A program made the translations under genes and the position numbers. This document shows, one piece after another, positions 41,416 to 51,054 of a DNA stretch of 64,000 bases; within the stretch, counting starts at the first letter, position 1, and every line of letters starts with the position of its first letter. The DNA is from Amoebidium appalachense. Its lineage: Eukaryota > Protista > Ichthyosporea. The stretch covers positions 1,506,899 through 1,570,898 of the forward strand of contig CAVNZM010000018.1 of NCBI GenBank assembly GCA_963693365.1. Direction: 5' to 3'. A model generated the notes under the pieces. The model was not told the DNA's origin. It saw only the letters and a program-made list of their open reading frames with translations, and did not search any database.

Positions 41416-43341
41416 TCACACTCCTCCTCGGTCTCCTCCCCCCCCTCCCCCTCCCCCCGTGTGTCTACGTGTATTTGCATCACTCCCCCCCCCGGTCCCC
41501 TCCCCCACCGACTTTTTCACACCACGATTAAACTGAGGAATAACTCTCTTTGGCCTAGAGGGAGCACTAGGCAACTCCCTCTGCACTAATCTAGCCTCAT
41601 AAGCACGAATAGAAAACGGGCAATCCAAATGAAACTCAGGCAACCACTGATCTTCCTGATAACCTCCCTCAAAACGAATTAAATAATAATTTACCTTACC
41701 TTCCTTACCTTCGATAACCTTTTTATCCATAATTTTATCTACTGCAGCCTCCGATACATCCACCGACCCGTCATAGTCGGGGGTGAATGCATCTAACACT
41801 CGACGGCCCTCCGGCCGTTTAACCCTAAGGGCCCTATCATAATATTCCTTTATATCATCTACATTATAAAATCTAGCATCACTCTCATTATCTAACCTCT
41901 GCACCTTATATTCCGTCGGACCTAACCTAGCCACTATTTTATACGGGCCAATGAAAAGAGGCAACCATTTCTTACCATACTTACGAAGACCTTCACCTTC
42001 ACCCTTACCTTCCTGCTCCTGCTTATATCTCTTTTTCCTAGTATGATCCCTAATTAAAACTAAAGTACCCTCGGCAAATTCACGTAACGGACGTGTGGAC
42101 ACGTCTGCACGTGTCTGTGCCTGCTGTGTACGGGCCAGAGCTGCATCACGTGCAGCCCGGGCCCGGGTTAGTAGCTGCTCCCGGAACTCAGTCCAGTGGG
42201 GATAAGTTAGTCGGTCAGCCCCCCCCATCGGCAAAAGTGCCGTATCTAACAAACTAATAGCCTCCTGCCCATAGACCAAATAAAACGGAGAAAAACCAGT
42301 CACAGCATGAGGGGTAGAATTATATGAATGAGCAATAAACCTAGACATATGATCCCAATCATTAGCCTCCACATCCACCATTTTGCCAAAGGACTTCTGA
42401 AACACTGCATGCACACGTTCAGAGATGGCATTTGCTTGAGGGTGATATGCAGACGTAGTGATATGAGCTACCCTTAAAATTTTACACACCTCCGACACCA
42501 ACTGATTTAAAAACACACGACTCCTATCCGTTAACAAAACACGAGGACAACCAAACCTAAGACAAATTTCATCCACAAAAATACGAGCAAACAAAACGGC
42601 ATTAGCAGTGGGGAGAGGAAAAACTTCAACCCAACGAGTGGCCACATCGGTGACGGTAACAAGAACAGTGTTACCCTCAACCGTAGAATAAAAAGGACCG
42701 ACCACATCCACGGCTACCCTTTCAAACATACGAACATTAAAATCCCTAATAAACGACGGGCGGGAACGAGAGTGGGGACTCTCATTCCTTTCCTGACAAT
42801 GCATGCATGACAACACATAATCCCTCACCTCCCTGCTCATACCCGGCCAAAAATACGAACGATTAACACGAAGCAACGTCCTATTTACACCTAAATGACC
42901 AGCCATGGGATGCTCATGCACCATATGCAAAACCTCAGGCACAAGTGCCGTCGGGACCCAAACTCGGTGTCCGTCTGGCCCAGAACAATGATAAACTAAA
43001 TCCTGCTCTACCTGACACATTTTTGCTAATTTAGCTACCTTAATCATCTGCCTTTTATTTTTAAATTTAATCGAATCAACCGGCCCCTTTAAATAATTCT
43101 TAACCAGACCAATCAACACATCTTCCTCCTGCGCTAAGATCAAAGCCGTAGGTGCTAAGGCAGGGGCCGAGCCATGAGACTCGGTCCCGACCTCAGACAC
43201 TGACAAATACCGCCCCCCCCCTCCCCTACACTTATAAGCAAGCAACCCCGGAGCCCAAGAAGAAACATCAACAGACACAGCATCTATTCCTTTCTGCTCA
43301 CTCTCCCCCCCCTTCCCCCCCCTCCCCCCCCCGTCTCTCAC
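41416..43341 (-). CDS. pol: Gypsy-1 integrase with degenerate C-terminal chromodomain
   Basis: HEHPMAGHLG...CMHCQ (HHCC), VAVDVVGP, LTDRS, YHPQANAISER (DDE), GPYKI, and VDKIMDKK...YLIRFEGGYQEDQWLPE. Confidence 0.93.
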   Translation of the reverse strand: MRDGGGRGGKGGESEQKGIDAVSVDVSSWAPGLLAYKCRGGGGRYLSVSEVGTESHGSAPALAPTALILAQEEDVLIGLVKNYLKGPVDSIKFKNKRQMIKVAKLAKMCQVEQDLVYHCSGPDGHRVWVPTALVPEVLHMVHEHPMAGHLGVNRTLLRVNRSYFWPGMSREVRDYVLSCMHCQERNESPHSRSRPSFIRDFNVRMFERVAVDVVGPFYSTVEGNTVLVTVTDVATRWVEVFPLPTANAVLFARIFVDEICLRFGCPRVLLTDRSRVFLNQLVSEVCKILRVAHITTSAYHPQANAISERVHAVFQKSFGKMVDVEANDWDHMSRFIAHSYNSTPHAVTGFSPFYLVYGQEAISLLDTALLPMGGADRLTYPHWTEFREQLLTRARAARDAALARTQQAQTRADVSTRPLREFAEGTLVLIRDHTRKKRYKQEQEGKGEGEGLRKYGKKWLPLFIGPYKIVARLGPTEYKVQRLDNESDARFYNVDDIKEYYDRALRVKRPEGRRVLDAFTPDYDGSVDVSEAAVDKIMDKKVIEGKEGKVNYYLIRFEGGYQEDQWLPEFHLDCPFSIRAYEARLVQRELPSAPSRPKRVIPQFNRGVKKSVGEGTGGGSDANTRRHTGGGGGGGGDRGGV

Positions 43342-44877
43342 TAGCCCCCCCCCTCCCCCTCCTTCTCTTCTTCAAACAAAATATAAGCAGCACGAGAGAG
43401 AGCATCACAGTCAACCATTGTTTCACCCTTGGCATAAAACAATTTATAGGAGAACTCACCGAGAGCCGCGGCCCACTTCTGCATCCTCTCGTTGACCAGA
43501 CGAGTGGTGCCGGCCATGGCTAGGCAGGGCTTGTGGTCGGTGTAGACCTCAAACGTCCTGCCTGCGAGTATATACCTCCATGCCTGTGAGACTGCCCAAA
43601 AGATAGCATGGGACTCTCTCTCCGGATTGCTATATCTACGTTTACTTTTACTAAATGAACGACTAGCATAAGCAATCACTCTATCCTGCCCCTCCTGCAC
43701 TTGATATAACACGGCCCCCTCAGCAACCTTACTTGCATCACACCGAACTTTAAACATCCCCCCCCCCGGCCGAAAAATCAGGATGAACAAGCATACTCGA
43801 AGACTGCAAAGCTAACTTAAGCTTTTCGAAAGCAGAAACAGCATCAGCATTCCAATCAATTCTATTCTTCTTCTCCCCCCCCGTCTGACTAGTTAACGGC
43901 AAAGCAAGCATACTATAATCCTTAATATAACGACGAAGATAATTAGTTAAACCTAAAAATTGCCTTAGTTGAGTGACAGTCTGAGGACGGGGCCACTCAA
44001 CTATGGCCCGGATTTTCTCCGGATCAGGGGCAAGACCATTACTAGACACAATATGACCTAAAAACTTAACCTCCGGCACACCAATCACAGTCTTGCTACC
44101 GCTAATACGAAGACCAGACTCACCCAAAGCTAAAAATACTTTTTCACAATTATTAACTAACTCCTCAAATGACCTACCTTTAATTAAAACATCATCCAAA
44201 TAAGGGTGGCATACATCCAAATGAGGGTGGAGAATTTTATACATTACCCGGCACAACATAGCTGGAGAGGAGAGCAAACCCATCGGCACCACCTTGTACT
44301 GGAACAGCTGGTCACCCAGTGCAAAGGCAGTCTTCTCCTTGCTGCTCTCCTCCAACCTTATCTGCCAAAAAGCTGCTTTTAAATCAAGTTTAGCAAAGTG
44401 AGTATAGCCGTGCAGCTGTGAAAGCTGCTCGTCTATGTTAGGGAGAGGCCATTGGTCTGCCTTAGTGATCCGATTCAGAGCCCTGTAATCGTTCACTAGA
44501 CGCCAAGACCCGTCGGGCTTCTTAACCAATAGCACCGGACTTCTCCACGGACTCGAACTATGCTCCACATGACCCTTTTTTAACATATCACTCACTATTA
44601 TTAGCGCATCCGACAATTTATACTGCTCCATTCTATAGCTAGGCATCACTACCGGCCTATTATCACCTGTGTCGATCTGCATTTCAAACCCTTTAACGAA
44701 GCCTACTTCGTTATCATCGGCCAGAAATGCAAACCGAGTCCTATCAAATAACTTAGCTAGCAATTTTTTCTGTTCTACCGTCCAATCCCCCTCCTTCATA
44801 CCAAACGGCAATACTAACTCCGGGTTACCCCCATCACAAGTGGATGCATCCTTATTCACCGGAGTGCCACTTAACAT
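43341..44877 (-). CDS. pol: Gypsy-1 reverse transcriptase (43750-44877) and RNase H (43341-43790), separated by a frameshift at a G run
   Basis: SPVLLVKKPDGSWRLVNDYRALN, PMGL, YLDD, FLGH, FLGLTNY; CDAS, IAYASRS, YTDHKP, DALSR. Confidence 0.95.
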
Positions 44878-46077
44878 TTCACCTCCTGTATTACATCGGT
44901 GCTGCTCGGGGTGAGGGTGAGGTACCTCCGGATATAGGCGGTCACCCTTAGCACCCCCCCTCCCCCCGGCACACCAATGCCCCCGGGCAATTCCTGATGA
45001 GTTAGTGCATGTATGTGGGGGGCCAGGTCTGTGGCCACCCTGCCCCCCACGGTGTTGGTTAACCCGTCAGATCCACGGGTTAGACCAACACCCTCCCCCC
45101 CTGCCTGCACATTCTCACACCCGGGGTGACCCTCCTTCCTCTTGGGGGTCGGGGGAGTGGGACCGGTGCTGTCCCGGTCCCCCCCCCCATCGTGTCGGGT
45201 GACATTTTGGTGGCTAACGTTAAATAAAGTTGTTCCCCCTCCTCCTGAGTCACCCTTCGAGCCGGCATCCTCCTTTTGGGTAATAAGAGAGACCTCTATA
45301 CTACCAATCTCATTAGTGAAACTACCGACGGAAACACCTGACCTAATCACTATAGGCTCGATGCCCGGATTCACTAATTCTATTTCTATTGTCTTATCCG
45401 GCCATACCCTACTAAGGGTCCATTGGGCCACCTCCTGAAATGGGGTTTTCGGAGTAAAAACCCCTAAATCCCCTATCCTAACATGATTGCCGGCCCGGAC
45501 ACGTACCGTTTGGCACTGATAAGGCTCGATTACTACTTCAGCTACCGTTCTAGCACCAGACTGATAACCGTCGAGCCCATCATGGGTTTTAATTTTAACG
45601 CCGGACTTGCAATTCTAAAACATTCGTACGTTCAAACAAAGCATTCACATGTCTACGGAAAAATGGGGCTCCCAACAAAACACTTTGAGCTAAATCCTTA
45701 ACCACATAACAAGCAACATGCATAGCCTGGCCACCTATCTCACACGGCAACACACAAACGCCTTCCACAGACATACTACTATTATTAGCACTACCTAAGG
45801 CTGTGCTAGAAGCATCTAAAATAGGAATTTCCCCCCCGGCCTGATTAAAACGACGAATAGACGAAGCATGCACACAATTAACCTGAGCCCCTCCATCGAG
45901 CAAAGCAACCGCCTTCAACTTACCATCAGCTAACCATACGTCTATATAATGCCGGCTAAAACCAACTAAATCCTCCTCCAATTCAAGCAACACATCCTCA
46001 CTCACACCCAATCCCTGCCCACGAAGACTCACACCCTCGATACCTACGTGCAACATACCTACCTGTGGTGCCTGCAC
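44871..46077 (-). CDS. pol: Gypsy-1 aspartic protease plus downstream dUTPase-like remnant, frameshifted
   Basis: ALLDGGAQVNCV...VLLGAPF; after a one-base shift near 45610 the frame reads EVVIEPYQCQTVRV...VAQWTLSRV...IELVNPGIEPIVIRSGVSVGSF. Confidence 0.8.
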
Positions 46078-46640
46078 GGGTGGGGTGGGGTGTGTATGTG
46101 ATGTGGGTGGTGGTGGAGTGTGTGTGTGTGGTGTGTGGGTGGGTGGTGTGTGTGTGTTTAGTGTATGTGTGGGTGTGTGTGTGGGTGTAGGTGTGTCTGC
46201 AACCGTCGTATGTTGTTGTGGTGGTGTGTTTCTATGCGTCTGTGCCTTCCCCCCCTTCCCCCTTTACTCGTGTGTGTCCCCCCCCCTCCCGGAAACAATG
46301 GCACAGAAACCCCCTCCGGTGTGGTTAGAACAAACACCGGGTTGGGACAAGAAACACTGAGACCATCCACTTGTGGCTGGGGAACCTCCCCCAACCACAA
46401 AACATTCACACCATTCATACCTTTGGTAGAGTCACCCCACAAACATTCATGCCATACCACCTCGACGCTGTCTTGAGGACCCACGACGATGCCCGGCTCC
46501 CACACGTATCGGGGCGGTGAGGGGGCAAAGGGAAGCTTAACCTGGGGTGGGGGAGGGTGAAGGTTCTCTGCAACCTGGGGGGGACCGATACTGTCCCCCC
46601 CCCCTCCCTCAGTGACCCCAGCTTCCCCCTCCCCCGGAAC

Positions 46641-49600
46641 TCAATAGCTCTTGTAACTACGGCAATATGCAGCAGAGTGCCCTTGCCGGCCACAAAAGTA
46701 ACATGCACCAAAGAAGGGGCCAGGGGGGACTTCAAAACCTTGGCGCAAAGCATAACCGGGAGCCCGGTCATGCTGGGGGGGCCCACCGTGTGCACCACGG
46801 CCCCCCCTTCCCCCCTGCCCCCCTCGGCCTCTCTCACCACCATTTCCACCCCTCCCTCTACCCTGCCCACCACCACGAGCAAGATAAGGGGCAAACCTCT
46901 CGGTGAACTGCTGCTGTTGTCCTCCACGGCCACCTCGGCCACGACCGCCGTGTCCACCCCGGTCGCCGCCACGGCCACCCCGGAAGCCGAAGCCCCCTCG
47001 GCCAGAGAAGACGGCCTGGGAGAGCTCGGCAACCTGCTTGACCAACATGGTGAGTGCATCTGGCTGTTCACCCTCTTTTTTCTCTTTTTCTGTTATTTTG
47101 TGTGGGTAAACGGAGAAGCAGAGAGCACAGATGGGTGTTATGTAAAACACAACACAAAGACACACGGGAAAAACACAACCGGAGAGGAGGAACGATTTCT
47201 GGAACCATAGGAAGTGAATACGACTGCTTGTTATTTATTTCAAGATGAGGTCCCTTTTATACTTGGGAATGTGAAACGATAAACCAATCAAAAGGACGAA
47301 AACTATAGTGTCATGTTGATGATGCCACGTTGTTTGGCATTGACTGTGCCGAGGCCGTGAATGGGGGTGGGAGGACACGGGGTAAGGGAGGAGAAATACT
47401 CCTTGATGGGGCAGATGTGTGCATTACAAGCACTGTCCCAGACGGGGTCGTTACTGTCAGGTGTGCCGGTGGAGGAGATGAGTGCAAATTTCACACTCTT
47501 GTCACCTTTCTCCTGCTTGGCACGACGAGCAACTGTGCAGCCAGGCTCCGGGCATGCTGTGATGTGGTGGGGCTCATGGCAGTAGGAACACTTCACACTG
47601 TTGGTGTTGTGTTGTCGGTTACGGTTGTCCCTGTTACCATGGTGGTAAGGGGAAGTTGAACGGGGGCCGGGTGACTTGGAGGGAGGACGAGGATCACGGG
47701 AACGGGACGGGGAACGGTGAGGTGTATGCTCACGTCGAGGAATACGGTTACGGAGGTCACCGGGGGGAAGCACTCTGCTCTGGAGTGCACGGAGGGGACG
47801 GTTGTTGACGGTTGCACCTGTGCCTGCGTCGATGAGGCCGGCACGGATTTCAGCTCCTCGGATGTCACTGATGAGCATGTTGAAGGACGGGTAGGCCTTG
47901 TTGTTCATCCAGTAGTCGGAGCAGAGACGTTCAATGTCGGGGCAGACCAGGGCTGTGTTCTTCCGGATGTGGAGGAAGAACTTACGTACGACATCCTTGT
48001 GCTGGACGGGTTCGTCGAGGCAGGCAAGTGTCGTAGCCAGACGTTGGAGACGGGTGAGGTATGCTGTGACGTTGGGGTAGTCTCGTAGTTCAAGCTCCTC
48101 GAAGGTGACTTGAATCTGGGTGACTCGGGCCTCCTTCTCTGCTACATACGCCATACGTAGGTTGTGGAAGACTTCACCACCGTGGACACCGTCTTGCATC
48201 CGGCCGGAGTCGTAGAGCTCGGTCGGGTGGACGGACTGGTTGAGGATCTGGTCGAGGACGTCGGAAGCTTTCTTGTAGGAGTCCTTGGTGGTGTAGCCTA
48301 GCCACTGGTTGGCTTCAGCGCCGTCAACCCACTGTGGCCTCTTGATAGCGTCAACGAATTTCTCGGCAATGGTGGTTCTAATGAACCGGTGAATGAGTGG
48401 CTCCCACTCGAAATAATTAAGACGTTTCTCGTCTCGTTTCTCGGACGGATTCCATATTGGAAGGTTGATATACGACGGTTTGTCAGTCATGATTGAAGCA
48501 GTAAGACTGAGAGATTTTCGCGGTTGTAGCGAGATTGTGTGTTAGCGTGCAAAGGGGCCGTAAACCTGTTATTTTGTGTGGGTAAACGGAGAAGCAGAGA
48601 GCACAGATGGGTGTTATGTAAAACACAACACAAAGACACACGGGAAAAACACAACCGGAGAGGAGGAACGATTTCTGGAACCATAGGAAGTGAATACGAC
48701 TGCTTGTTATTTATTTCAAGATGAGGTCCCTTTTATACTTGGGAATGTGAAACGATAAACCAATCAAAAGGACGAAAACTATGAGTGTAAAATATATCGA
48801 TTAAAATGTCTGTCGACACATAGAATATAAAACTCAATCCTCTAATGAAAGAAACTTCTAATAAAAGCACGGAAACATTTAACAAAATGAAACCACTTAT
48901 GTAACTATTAATTCATAACATATATTTATACATGTTCTTATCATAACACGTCTAAATATAATTATTCCTAATAGTTGAAGAACATAGCACAATGCTACGT
49001 CGTGGGAAAGGAATGAGAAAGGAATGTAAGTTACTATATTTGGGAAAATACAAACGAGATATGATTGGATGACATATATAGATTTTGACGCAAACGACAA
49101 TACGTGTGCGCGAGCTAAGTATGTCGATACGTACACAGATCTAAGATGTCGTGTACACGGAAACGGAAAAGAAAGAAAGAAATGAAGAAAGGAAAAGGAA
49201 ACAAACTACAACAACTAATAAGTAAATACCAAACTCAACTTCTAAGTCTTGCTGAGAATTAAGTGAAGATGACATTTTCCCCCTTCGGTCCACTCTCCTT
49301 CTTTTTCTTGTCTACTTCCATCACCTCCTTTTTATCCCTCTTATTGAACTTCACCTCGTGCATGGCAAGCAAGTGACGTTTAACATGCAACACCACCTCA
49401 TCTACATCATCATGCTCCCCAAACATGCGTGCAGTGTCTGTGTTTACAGAGAGAGCCTTACGAGCAAACTCGAATTTTTCCCTATCACTCACGTCACCAG
49501 CTAACTCACAAAGGTCTTCAAAGACCCGATATTCCCTCTCAAAGAATGCACGAGCTTCTACGGGGGACATATCTAAAGTGGGAAAGGTATACTTCCATTC

Positions 49601-50164
49601 TCTGAGCTGGGCCCGGAAGGTACGGCGCCGGTCGGCCGTCAGGTATCGGCCGACGAGCCGGGCCGTATACTCGAGCTCGTTTTCCGGCCGTGTGAAGGCC
49701 TCGAGCTCCCCGTCCACGTCGTCGGTGCTGTTCTCGTCCTCGTCGTCGGGGATGAACCGTGCGGCCAGACGTTTCTGGCCGAGTGTCCGGGACACCATCT
49801 CGTCCCTCCCCTCGTCGTACTGCTGCTCGTATATACGAGCCGTCACCTGGGGGGCCTGCTCGGCCCGGTACGGGTGCTCCTCCATCAGGGTGCATAAGTC
49901 GGCCATTGTTTTGTGGTCGATGCACTGTTTGATCATTAAGCACGAGGCCGCCACAGTGGGGGCCTTCTTTGTGTCTAACACTAGTGTGGGTGTGTTAGCT
50001 AGGAGTGTCCTAAGCCACCTAGGGATTTCCGAGTCGTGTTTGAGTGTAAAACTGAAAGCTGTGGTCTGTCTAACGTCTCGTGTATGAACCTGTGGTACCT
50101 GTGTGTGCAGGGAGCTATCCTCCGCTGCCAATGCGTAGAACATGTCTACGTTAAACTTAGCCAT
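46641..50164 (-). CDS. gag: Gypsy-1 gag, split by the Copia insertion (49275-50164 plus 46641-47085)
   Basis: Removing 47091-49274 and one TSD restores the frame ...ESGPKGEK|EKKEGEQPD...; RGG-rich tract; CYFCGRQGHSAAYC zinc knuckle. Confidence 0.92.
47091..49274 (-). mobile_element. Ty1/Copia LTR retrotransposon, deleted from protease into the 3' LTR
   Basis: Full 5' LTR 48567-49274 (TG...CA); 216-bp 3' LTR remnant 47091-47306 matching 48567-48782; TSD TTTTC at 47086-47090 and 49275-49279. Confidence 0.93.
47303..48490 (-). CDS. gag: Copia gag-protease, truncated
   Basis: Copia-type gag core NVTAYLTRLQRLATTLACLDEPV...VVRKFF, knuckle CSYCHEPHHITAC, protease VWDSACNAHICPIKEYF...VNAKQRG. Confidence 0.9.
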   Translation of the reverse strand: MTDKPSYINLPIWNPSEKRDEKRLNYFEWEPLIHRFIRTTIAEKFVDAIKRPQWVDGAEANQWLGYTTKDSYKKASDVLDQILNQSVHPTELYDSGRMQDGVHGGEVFHNLRMAYVAEKEARVTQIQVTFEELELRDYPNVTAYLTRLQRLATTLACLDEPVQHKDVVRKFFLHIRKNTALVCPDIERLCSDYWMNNKAYPSFNMLISDIRGAEIRAGLIDAGTGATVNNRPLRALQSRVLPPGDLRNRIPRREHTPHRSPSRSRDPRPPSKSPGPRSTSPYHHGNRDNRNRQHNTNSVKCSYCHEPHHITACPEPGCTVARRAKQEKGDKSVKFALISSTGTPDSNDPVWDSACNAHICPIKEYFSSLTPCPPTPIHGLGTVNAKQRGIINMTL

Positions 50165-50202
50165 TGTGTGGTGTGTGCCCTAACTCGTGTGGTTGTGTTT
50201 AT

Positions 50203-50240
<38 letters not shown>

Positions 50241-50329
50241 CTGTGTGTTTGAGGTGTAGCAACAGCCCAGAAGGAACTGTCACCGCGTTACCCTAGCGCG
50301 AAAAACCGCACTAAAAGAAAGGTGTAGCT

Positions 50330-51054
50330 TGTCGTATCCTAATATATGTGTACTAGAGACGCGGCACTCTACTAAGTCGGTGTACACACACGAAAAGGAA
50401 CGAACGTGTATAGAAAAACGGTAGTTTATTAAGACCAGGCTCCGACGGGCAAACTTAGATCCGTACGGATTAAGTCTAAGTTACGACTGAGGCCATCAAG
50501 GCCGTGCCCTACAAGATCATCATCACCTGGCCCCCTACGATGCCACATTCCATTAACATTCCGATCTACTTTTATCGTGCGCCTGCACGAGCTAAGTCGA
50601 TCTACTCAACTAATATATTTATCCAAGTCTCACCCCTCACCCTCCCCCTAGTGGCACCGCAGAGTCTAAATCTACATTTCATACTATCCTCCCCCCCCCT
50701 CCCTCCCCCCCTTTCCTCTACATCTACATATATAAATACGTTTGGCAACATATACTATCAAACCTTGCCAATCCTTACAAAAGGGCTTCTGCCCGAACAA
50801 TCACATTCCTAAGTCCTCCTACGATCTATCCTACACACTAATTAGAATTCTATTGGACGGCTGTCCCGGCTGACGTGGTCCAATGCCCTGCGCCGGCAGA
50901 GGCAAGATGCACGCAGCTGTTCAGCTATCTTGAGGCCCCGGACTTGATCTTGATGATCTGTGGACCCGGGCCACCCCCCCCCGGCCCCCCCCCCCCCCCC
51001 CCGATCTCGATCGTAGACTTAGGCTAATCTGCTGAGACGGATTAGTATATGTCA
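50330..51054 (-). repeat. Gypsy-1 5' LTR (725 bp)
   Basis: Direct repeat of 40499-41213; lies upstream of gag. Confidence 0.97.

Larger units (their letters stand above)
40499..51054 (-). mobile_element. Ty3/Gypsy LTR retrotransposon 1 (full length, frameshifted, with a nested Copia)
   Basis: LTRs 40499-41213 and 50330-51054 (TG...CA); TSD CACTC at 40494-40498 and 51055-51059; G-rich PPT at ~41214-41224; order gag-PR-RT-RH-INT-chromo. Confidence 0.97.
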
